The notes under the pieces were generated by a model. The model ran no database searches. It was given only the letters and a program-made list of their open reading frames with translations, and had not been told where the DNA came from. From an uncultured bacterium (GTDB lineage: Bacteria; Oederibacteriota; Oederibacteriia; Oederibacteriales; Oederibacteriaceae), in the NCBI GenBank assembly GCA_965112635.1, contig OZ218778.1, positions 896,001-960,000 on the forward strand: DNA of 64,000 bases. The letters are read 5' to 3'. Shown here in pieces: positions 7,988 through 16,597 of this stretch (within the stretch, counting starts at the first letter, position 1; the number at the start of each line of letters is the position of its first letter). The position numbers and the translations under genes are program-made.

Positions 7988-10872
7988 ATGAAAAGCCCAC
8001 TCGCCTATATTGTTAAAACACCTGTTTTCCTCTTTTCATTGTTTCTTCTTATCCTTCCTCAAAGTTTAACCGGTCAAGCATGGACCCAGATGGGAGTAGG
8101 AGGCGGGGGCTCGCTATACGCGCCCTCCATCTCGCCGGTAAATCCTAATTTAGTACTGGAAGGTTCTGACATGAGCGGCGTTTACCGGTCGCAGGACGGC
8201 GGTACCACCTGGCAGATGGTAGACTTTATGCAGATGACCTCATATATCAAGTTCAGTTCCCGTGAATGGATGTGCCCGTTTGCCTGGCATCCCGTTAACG
8301 CCAATACCGTCTTTGGTTTTGGGACCAAGGCAGGGGCGGGAGCGAGACTTTTGAAGAGCACGGATGCCGGGGTGACCTGGAATCCGGCCCTGGCCGGTCC
8401 TTCAGACCCCTGGTTTGCGGTAACCCAAATTTGTATTGACCGGATCAACCCTAATTTTATGCTCGCCGGGCATATCACCGGAGTTTATGTCAGCACGGAC
8501 GGCGGCAGCACCTGGACTTCCGGCCAGGGACCCAATGCCTATTGCGTCGGGATCGTGGTGGATGAGACCAGCCCTGTGGGCAACAGGACCTGTTATCTCG
8601 GGACCATGACTGCGGGAGCCTATAAATCCGTGAATAATGGTCTTAATTGGAGCGCCATGAATACAGGGCTGGGATCCATGAATCTCTCCAGCCTGGCCGG
8701 AGGCAGCCTGACCAGCACTGGCAAGGTCGTGGTTTACGCGGCCGCCAACGGCGTTGTTGATAAATCCATCAACGGGGGCAATTGGTCGGCCACGACCTCG
8801 GACGGCATCACGACCAATAATTTCCTTGCCGTGACGGACAACAATCCGGATACCGTGTATGTGACGCCCTCGGACAGTTATGACCATATCTATAAATCCA
8901 CCAATGACGGCGGCGCCTGGAACAAAGTTTTTAACCCGGCCTTATCCGGAGGCAATGTGACCCTGGGTTGGACGAACTATGACGGCGGATTCGAGCTCGC
9001 GGGCATGGGACAGGCTTATTTCCAGCCCTTGGCCATAGGGGTCAATCCCGTCAACCCGGACCAGGTGATCTTTACCAACGGCATGGAGTCCTACGGCTCC
9101 ACGGACGGTGGCAACACCTGGCAGCAGGATTTTACTAATGAAATGGACACACCGCCTCCCCAGGCCGGACAGCGCTGGACGAGCCGGGGGCTGGAGATGA
9201 CCGGGGCCTGGTATTATCAGATCAATCCCTCCAACACCAATCTCCATTACATCTGCTTCACGGACATCGCCTATGCCCGGAGCACGGACGCAGGCGCTAC
9301 CTGGTATTGCGAGACCAAACCAAACCTGGTCAATACTATTTACCAGCTGGCATTTGACCCTGCCCAGCCTAATGTGGTGTATGCGGCGATCTCCGGCCAG
9401 CACGACATACCCCATAAACCCTTTGATGCCTCTTTGTCCGGTTCCTGGGGTTATGGAGGGGTATGGAAAAGCACGGACCAGGGCGCTACCTGGGCTAATT
9501 CGTCCAACGGACTGCCTAGCGGGCCCAATCCGGGGGAGCCTTATCCCGCGCCCTCGATCATTGCCGATACGAGCACCAACCCGGCCACGCTTTATGTTTC
9601 CATGTGGGGAGGCGGAGTTTATAAATCCACTAACTCAGGAGGTTCCTGGGCTGCCACCACGGCTTTTTCCATCGGGGCTAATACCCATACCTATTTTCTA
9701 AAGCTTCACCAGGATGGCACCTTGTTTTGCATGCTGGGTCCCCGCAACAATAACACGGCATCTCCTTATCCAGACCCGGGAGGACTATTTAAATCAACCA
9801 ATGGCGGGGGCACCTGGAACAATATCACGACCAAAATTGACACCGCCAACGGAGGCATCCCTTTGTACTCCCCGATGCAATTTGACGTGGACCCCAATAA
9901 CAGCCAGATCATTTATATAGCGGCCACGGACGGTCTTTGGGACCCGGCCCCGGGCCATTATTTCCCCCCCAGGGAGGCATCTACAAAACCATCAATGGGG
10001 GCACCAACTGGACAAAATTGACCCTGACCAATGACTTTCCCTACTATGACGGGATCGCGCCTACGATCGATCCCGCCAATACGAACAGGGTTTTTTTGAC
10101 CACCGAGGCCCAGGGAATATATGAGAGCCTGGATGCAGGGAACAGCTGGGCCAGGGTGACAGGGGTTCCTTTTAGCAGTCCGCAGAGGGTCACCTTTGAT
10201 TCCGCCCATAGCACCCTTTATCTGGGGACCAATGGCGGTGGGGTCTTTAAACTTATTGAACCAACCACGACGGTCACGCCGACCTATACCCAAACGCTGA
10301 CTTCCAGCATGACCTACACCTGCACCCAGACCCCCACGCTCACCCAAACCCAGACTTGTTCGGTGACAAGTACCGTCACTTTGACCTCCAGTCAGACGCT
10401 GACGCCAAGCCAAACCCTGACCAGTTCCATGACCCCCACGGTCACCAGTACTTCGACCACCACCGCCACCACGACCCAGACGGGCACGGTAACGCTGACG
10501 CTGACTTTGACGCCAACCCCAAGCGGGATATTGCAGATCTTGCGGCACTGTCCCTATCCTGATCCTGTAAAATTGTCCAAGAATATCTTTCTCTATGTTG
10601 AAATGACGGATGTTCCGGATACCCTGTCCGTCAAGATCTATACGATTTCTGTCAGGCAGGTTCAGCATTGTATCTTAACGGATCTTAGCGGTTCACCTAA
10701 CTTGCAGATCGTCTATGAGGGTAATGTCGCCCGGTTTGCTTATACGATCCCGTTGACCCTCAAAGACGGGCAGGGAAACGATCTGGCCAATGGGGTGTAT
10801 TATTACTGGCTGGAAGCGAAAAAAGCAGGCGTTGATTATAAAGTTATTGGAAAATTTGTTGTTTTACATTAA
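7988..10872 (+). pseudogene. Secreted BNR/Asp-box beta-propeller protein (GH74/VPS10-like) with Thr-rich linker and C-terminal YP(D/N)P domain; split by a 1-nt frameshift near 9964-9970
   Basis: ORFs 7988-10021 and 9937-10872 both carry S.DGG.TW Asp-boxes. One extra C in TTTCCCCCCC would join them as GHYFPPQGGIYKTINGG. May be a sequencing error or a phase-variable tract. Confidence 0.75.
10261..10520 (+). repeat. Thr-rich low-complexity linker (T-x-T repeats) coding region
   Basis: Translation PTTTVTPTYTQTLTSSMT...TLTLTLTPTP, with recurring ACC/ACG codons. Confidence 0.8.
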
Positions 10873-11046
10873 TGAAGACTATTGGGCCTGTTTAAAGAGT
10901 GGAAAGGGAAACCATTAGAAAGATTAAAAAGGATATTAGTTTTTGGTTGGTTGACACTCTATTTGCCCCAAATTTTTTTTAACATTATAACATAAACAAA
11001 AAAATATGATTGTCTACACGCCTCTAGGGGATTAACATACATCCAA

Positions 11047-12753
11047 ATGGATAATATCAAATATGATCTCAGGATTGTGCCCTTCAGCCGGTACGGCTCT
11101 TATTTCGGCGTCTCCAGGCTGGCTTTGGAAAAAGGCCGCAGCTTTCTCTACCTGCGCTCTGTGCGCGGCGGAGCTGATGACGCCGAACTTTTCAGCCTGG
11201 AGCTGATCCATCACGATAAACCTATCCCCTACAAGGAAACGGCGACCCCCAGCCTGCTGAGCCTGCGTTCGGCCAAAGGGCGGGTGGATATTTGCTTGGC
11301 CAGCCCGGAATGTGTCAGGCTGAGAGGCGAAGGGGTAGGTTTGCGGATGGTTTTTTATAAACCCGGGGGCATGGACTATATCTTCTGCAGGGACGGACTG
11401 CATTGGGAGTTGAACGCGCGGTCCCGCTGCCTCAAGCTTTTATTGACCCCCCTGGCCGGAGAGGTCAGAGTCAACGCGCCTTGGGACAGGACCTATTGCA
11501 AAAGCATGGCGGTCGATCTCCTGCCAGAGACCGGGACCGGGATCTGGGAAGCGGCCCTTGAGGACTATGAAAGCGAAAAAACCCCGCGGGAATATCCGGA
11601 AACCTTTGCCTCCTGCGTAAAAGCCGTGGAAAAAGATTTTAGGCGTTGGCTCGCGGAAACCTTGACCGTGCCCACGAAATATTCCAGGACCCGTTCCCTG
11701 GCCGCTTACATCAACTGGTCGTGCGTCGTCCATCCCTCAGGTCAGCTCAAGCGGTCCGCCATGTTCATGTCCAAGAACTGGATGACCCGCATCTGGAGCT
11801 GGGACCACTGTTTTAACGCCATGGCCCTGGTGCCGAAAAATCCGGTCCAGGCCTGGGACCAGTTCATGGCCTTTAGCGGGGCCCAGAATGAGAACGGCAG
11901 CCTGCCGGATTTTCTGACGGATACTTCCACGCTCTGGAGCTTCGTCAAGCCGCCGGTCCACGGCTGGTCGCTGCGCTGGATGATGCGGCGCGGCCTGCGT
12001 TTGGACCGGCAGCAGCTTTCCGCCGCTTATCGGTTCCTGGCCAGGTGGACGGACTGGTGGTTCCAATACCGCGACGACGACCAGGACGGCATCCCCCAGT
12101 ATAACCACGGCAATGATTCCGGATGGGACAACTCCACGGTCTTTAACAACGGCGTCCCCATCGAGGCGCCGGACCTGAGCGCTTTTCTCATTATCCAGAT
12201 GGATGTGCTCGCGGAGCTGGCCGGGCGATTAGGAAAGACAGCTGAAAAGAAGAGTTGGAAAGAGCGGGCCGACCGTTTATTGGGTCTTTTGCAGGCCCAT
12301 TCTTGGAGAGGGGACCGCTTTGTGGCCCCCCATTCCGGCGACCATCGCGTGGACGCATCCCAAAGCATGCTCCTGTATATGCCTTTGGTCCTCGGGAACA
12401 GGCTGCCCCAGGATGTTTTAAAACCTCTTTTGGCGGGATTCATCAGGAAAGGGGTCTTCCTAACAAGGCACGGGGTTGCCACAGAAGCCCTCCAAAGCCC
12501 TCTATATGAGGAAGACGGTTACTGGCGCGGACCCGTCTGGGCTCCGACCACCTTGCTCCTGGTGGACGCGCTGAAAAACATCGGTGAGAAAAAGCTGGCC
12601 CGCAGGTTGGCCGGCCAATTTTGCGGCCTGGCCTCCAGGCAGGGAATGGCCGAAAACTACGGCGCCCTGAGCGGCCGGGGTTTGCGCGACCGGGCCTATA
12701 CCTGGACTTCCAGCGTTTTCCTCATCCTGGCGCATGAATATTTAGGCCGATGA
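11047..12753 (+). CDS. (alpha/alpha)6 glycoside hydrolase, MGH1/GH63-like (amylo-alpha-1,6-glucosidase/trehalase-like)
   Basis: WSWDHCF, KPPVHGW, NDSGWDNS, YWRGPVW and AENY motifs. Confidence 0.85.
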   Translation: MDNIKYDLRIVPFSRYGSYFGVSRLALEKGRSFLYLRSVRGGADDAELFSLELIHHDKPIPYKETATPSLLSLRSAKGRVDICLASPECVRLRGEGVGLRMVFYKPGGMDYIFCRDGLHWELNARSRCLKLLLTPLAGEVRVNAPWDRTYCKSMAVDLLPETGTGIWEAALEDYESEKTPREYPETFASCVKAVEKDFRRWLAETLTVPTKYSRTRSLAAYINWSCVVHPSGQLKRSAMFMSKNWMTRIWSWDHCFNAMALVPKNPVQAWDQFMAFSGAQNENGSLPDFLTDTSTLWSFVKPPVHGWSLRWMMRRGLRLDRQQLSAAYRFLARWTDWWFQYRDDDQDGIPQYNHGNDSGWDNSTVFNNGVPIEAPDLSAFLIIQMDVLAELAGRLGKTAEKKSWKERADRLLGLLQAHSWRGDRFVAPHSGDHRVDASQSMLLYMPLVLGNRLPQDVLKPLLAGFIRKGVFLTRHGVATEALQSPLYEEDGYWRGPVWAPTTLLLVDALKNIGEKKLARRLAGQFCGLASRQGMAENYGALSGRGLRDRAYTWTSSVFLILAHEYLGR

Positions 12754-12778
12754 TCCCGTCTCATCAGGATAACTCAGC

Positions 12779-15664
12779 TCAACTCCTTTTGTTCAACCCG
12801 TAGGCGAGGAAGTTCAGCAAAAGACGGTCGGCCGCAGGGTGGCGGTCGAGATTCGCGAGCAAAGGCAGGCCGTTCAGGATGAAACACCCCTTACCCAGAC
12901 GATATTCCCCGACCAGCACTCCGGCGTTGTAGGACCTGGTGTCTTTCCATCCCCTGAGCTGGCTCAAGCCCGTGGCAAACCCGGCCACGATGACCGTGTC
13001 GGGCGTGTCGCCGTCCAGGAGCATCTGCCGTCCGGCGACCTCGTCGTAAAAGTCCCAGTCCAAGATGCCCGGAGCCGGCAGGCCGTTAAAAACAGGATGG
13101 TTCTTGGCCACGGCTTCTTTGTGATAGAGCCAGTCAAAGATGCGGACCCAGCGGCCTTTGTTCCTGAGCGGCAGGCGGGTTGTTCCTCCGCTGGCCAAAG
13201 GATCGAGGAATATGGCGCAAGCCCCCTCCTTGACGCAGCGCAGCAGCAATTTCCATTGGCTTTTTTTGCTGACATCCTTTGGAATTCCCACCAGGATGAC
13301 CCGGCCCTGCGTTGTTCCATTTAGGGGCTGTGTAAACAGGCCCTGGCGCTCCAGCCACTTTTGCGCTTTTTCCTCCACCCCCCAAACCGTTACTGCGCCA
13401 TTTAAACGGGGAAGCTGTGCCCCTTGGCTGAGCCGGAAAGGGCGCCTGTCCCCGGCCGGTACTCCGCCTTTTTCCAGGCAGGCCGCGAAAACATACTCGC
13501 CAGCCGCTACATCCAGCCGGATGCTGGCCTTTAAAACCGATACGGCGAGAGGCGGGAAACCGCTTTTTCCTTTTGCCGGTAAGCGCATTTGCACTTTTCT
13601 TTCCCAGACCACGCCCTGTTTGCCCCAGATCCGGAAAGTCACCGGGTAGGTGCCGGGCTGGAGAACATCCTCGTTGGCCAGCACCGCTTCTATATTTATA
13701 GGGCGGTTGGCGTAGCCGTGCAGGGAATCCACGAATAAGCACCAGCGTAAAGGCTGCCAACCGTCCCGCATCACATCCACAATCCCGGGCTTGGGTTCCC
13801 GCCAAAAGCTCCAAATGCCCTCGCCGGACGTGCCGTCCAGCATACTGGTCATACTGTGGCCGCAGAGATTGGGATTGGAACGGACCAGGTCGAACCAGCG
13901 GCGGCGCTGGCTCCCATGGATACGCTGACTTTCCCGGAGCATATCTTCCGCGGAGGGATAGACGTCAGTCATCTTGAAACGTTTCCAGTCCGCCTCGAAT
14001 CCCTCCACGATTTTTCGGAAGAACACGCGGTCCTCCAGGTTGGGGGAGAGCTCCGGCTTCTCCTCAAACTTCTTGAGTTCCGCGATGGCGTTCAAGGCGC
14101 TGCCGATGCCGCCTTCCGAGAGAAATACCGGCCGTGCTTTGCTGCCCAGGTTGCGGAGCCTGGCGCAGGCTTCAGGTGATATGGGGTATTCGGGATAATA
14201 ATGGACGTCGCCGGGGTCACCCACAGGCCCCAGAGGCCGGGAGCGGGTCTTTTGTTTGAACTTTTTGCCTTCTCCGCCCCACTGGCATTCCCACACCTTA
14301 GACCCGGGGTTGCTCAAGGAGCCGATGTCCAGCTGTTGATCCCAGCGGCCGCTTTGGAGCAAGACCAGGCGGGTCGGGTCGAGCGAACGGATAAGGGGGA
14401 GCGAAGCGGCCGCGCATTGGGTGATCAGCCCAAAGGGCACTTCGTTGAGCAGGCCCCAGATGGTGAGGGAGGGATGGTTGCGGTCGCGCAGGATCATTTC
14501 TCCGATGGCAGAGGCAAAGCGCTGTTTCACCTTGGCCTTATCTTTAACCCCGGTTTCCTTTTGGTTGAACCCGCTGAGGTGCCACCAGGCGGCATAGCTT
14601 TCCGCGTAGACCATGATGCCTATCTCGTCGGCAATGTCCAGCTGTCCGGGCAAAGGCATTTTGGAGAGGAAACGCACGCAGTTGAACCCGCAGGCCTTGG
14701 CATACACCATATCACGGCGCATCAAGGCAGAGTCAGGTGCGCCCATCTGGACCACGGGAAAGGAAGGAACCGTGTGCATGGAACGCAGGAATACCCGCCG
14801 GCCGTTCAAATGGAAATAGCCTTTGACTACGCGGAACTCCCTAAAGCCGAAACGCACGGAATGTTCGTGGCTGGAGGGTCCGGTCAGCCTCGCCGATACC
14901 CGATAGAGGAAAGGGTCATCCAAATCCCAGAGGTGGGGCCGGGAAATGGTCAGCACCGTAGTCAGGGTGTTCTCCCCAGAAACGAGGCCCGCGGAAACCC
15001 TGGTTTCCACAGCGGTTTCAGCGGTTTTGTCCGGGTTGATGGCCAGGGTAAGCGTTCCCTGGACAGCAGCGTGGGTGTCGTTGCGGAGGGTGATGCTCAG
15101 ACGGACTTCACCGGTATGGATATCCGGGGCGGTAAACATATCCGTGATACGCACTGCCGGGACCACGGTTAGTTCCACAGGAAGGACGATCCCTCCGTTA
15201 TTAAAGTCAGCACCGCAGGCTGAATTTCCTTTTTGGGAATGGGGCGTTTCCGCGAGCTTGATGCCGTCGATCGGTTTGTTGGTAGGGTTGAGCACGCGCA
15301 CGGCTATGAGGTTTTTTTGGCCAGGCTTAAAAGCGGCGGTGATATCCAGGCTGAACGGCGTCTCGCCGCCTTCATGGCCGCCCACAGGCTGGCTGTTGAC
15401 CCACACCTGGGCAATGTAATCGCAGGCGCCGAAACACAGCATCACCCGTTCATTAGCGTAAGGCGCGATATCCGGCTGGAAGGCCAGCCAATACCAGGCC
15501 AGGCCGTGATAATTAGGAAAGACCTGCTGGATAATCCCAGGAACTGGCGCTTCTTTGGTCTGGGAGGGCACTTGTGCGTACCACTTTTTTAGCCGTCCAA
15601 TATTTTTCGGGTCCGTGGCCAGGCGCCAGCCAGCGGTCAATGTTTGCGATTTTATGGAGTTCAT
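12779..15664 (-). CDS. Glycoside hydrolase family 2 (beta-galactosidase/glucuronidase-like)
   Basis: GACDY...VWVN...GHEGGETPF, PHLW...PFLY, RFGFR, LNGRRVFLR and RDRNHPS..IWGLLNE motifs. Confidence 0.9.
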   Translation of the reverse strand: MNSIKSQTLTAGWRLATDPKNIGRLKKWYAQVPSQTKEAPVPGIIQQVFPNYHGLAWYWLAFQPDIAPYANERVMLCFGACDYIAQVWVNSQPVGGHEGGETPFSLDITAAFKPGQKNLIAVRVLNPTNKPIDGIKLAETPHSQKGNSACGADFNNGGIVLPVELTVVPAVRITDMFTAPDIHTGEVRLSITLRNDTHAAVQGTLTLAINPDKTAETAVETRVSAGLVSGENTLTTVLTISRPHLWDLDDPFLYRVSARLTGPSSHEHSVRFGFREFRVVKGYFHLNGRRVFLRSMHTVPSFPVVQMGAPDSALMRRDMVYAKACGFNCVRFLSKMPLPGQLDIADEIGIMVYAESYAAWWHLSGFNQKETGVKDKAKVKQRFASAIGEMILRDRNHPSLTIWGLLNEVPFGLITQCAAASLPLIRSLDPTRLVLLQSGRWDQQLDIGSLSNPGSKVWECQWGGEGKKFKQKTRSRPLGPVGDPGDVHYYPEYPISPEACARLRNLGSKARPVFLSEGGIGSALNAIAELKKFEEKPELSPNLEDRVFFRKIVEGFEADWKRFKMTDVYPSAEDMLRESQRIHGSQRRRWFDLVRSNPNLCGHSMTSMLDGTSGEGIWSFWREPKPGIVDVMRDGWQPLRWCLFVDSLHGYANRPINIEAVLANEDVLQPGTYPVTFRIWGKQGVVWERKVQMRLPAKGKSGFPPLAVSVLKASIRLDVAAGEYVFAACLEKGGVPAGDRRPFRLSQGAQLPRLNGAVTVWGVEEKAQKWLERQGLFTQPLNGTTQGRVILVGIPKDVSKKSQWKLLLRCVKEGACAIFLDPLASGGTTRLPLRNKGRWVRIFDWLYHKEAVAKNHPVFNGLPAPGILDWDFYDEVAGRQMLLDGDTPDTVIVAGFATGLSQLRGWKDTRSYNAGVLVGEYRLGKGCFILNGLPLLANLDRHPAADRLLLNFLAYGLNKRS

Positions 15665-15705
15665 TCCATACCACCTTTCTATATATTAGATATCCGAGAG
15701 CACGC

Positions 15706-16044
15706 TCAGCCGAGCAGGGCAACTGCGGTCCCGGCCAGGGCCAGGCCAATGCCTCCCCATTGCAGGAGAGACAGCCTGGAGCGGAACACCAGGGCCAGGG
15801 CCAGCTGGCAGCCGATGCCGGCGCCGACCCCGGAAAGGACCACGGCCAGGTTCGGGTTAGCGGGCATTTTCTCGTAAACTTTCATAAGGAAAATGATGCT
15901 GGTCGCGCCGATGGCATTGCCGATGATAAAACCCGTCAGCCAGCGATGGGATTTCTGGGAAGCGGACAGGCTGCCGTACTTGAAAGACAGGTAGGCCGCT
16001 ATCTGCATGATCCAGAATATCACCAGCAGGAGTCCGAGGTTCAC
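15706..16044 (-). CDS. Small 4-TM DMT/SMR-like membrane protein
   Basis: Likely GTG start at 16044, overlapping the upstream stop (GTGA), with a G-rich SD. About 112 aa, hydrophobic, ending LSLLQWGGIGLALAG. Confidence 0.7.
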   Translation of the reverse strand: MNLGLLLVIFWIMQIAAYLSFKYGSLSASQKSHRWLTGFIIGNAIGATSIIFLMKVYEKMPANPNLAVVLSGVGAGIGCQLALALVFRSRLSLLQWGGIGLALAGTAVALLG

Positions 16045-16421
16045 GCGTTGACCCCCTGTTTTCCCAGGGTTTGGCTGGGGCTCCAGGCCGCCATCAAGGT
16101 GCCGGCCAGCACCAGGGCGATGCCTGACCACTGGAGCCAGTCCAGGGGCGAATGATACAAGAGCCAATAGGCCAGCTGCACGCTCACGAAGCCCAGGCTG
16201 GAGGTCAGGGCCATGGCCACGTTCGCGTTCACCCTCTGGTAGAGCCGCATGACGAACCAGGTGCTGGTAATGCCCAGGATATTGCCGACCACGAAGAACA
16301 CCCAGCGCAGGGCCGGATCAGTCCCGCCCTCCTTGAAACAGATACTGGCGGCCAAGTTGAGCGCCAGAAATGCGGCCAGAACCCCTCCCACGGCCATGGT
16401 CAATTGTTTACGCATACTCAT
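16041..16421 (-). CDS. Small 4-TM DMT/SMR-like membrane protein
   Basis: ATG at 16421 with SD AAGGA. About 126 aa, ending LDWLQWSGIALVLAG. Visibly paralogous to the downstream gene. Confidence 0.7.
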   Translation of the reverse strand: MSMRKQLTMAVGGVLAAFLALNLAASICFKEGGTDPALRWVFFVVGNILGITSTWFVMRLYQRVNANVAMALTSSLGFVSVQLAYWLLYHSPLDWLQWSGIALVLAGTLMAAWSPSQTLGKQGVNA

Positions 16422-16597
16422 TATCCTTTGCCAGGCTTCGTATCTAAGAAGAACATTATACTCTGAAACAAAAAAAGCTACAGGAGCCCAGCGACAGCCC
16501 TTTTCCCGGCATTGACCAGCATTGGTGCAGGCGGTATCCTTTTGTTTAACAAAAATTACCTTGTGGATATTCAAATTCATTGAGAAAGGACTATTCC

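Noticed and set aside
12700-12778. Hammerhead ribozyme (CTGATGAG on the minus strand between convergent genes)
   Set aside because: No stem II followed by CGAAA and no supporting stems I/III.
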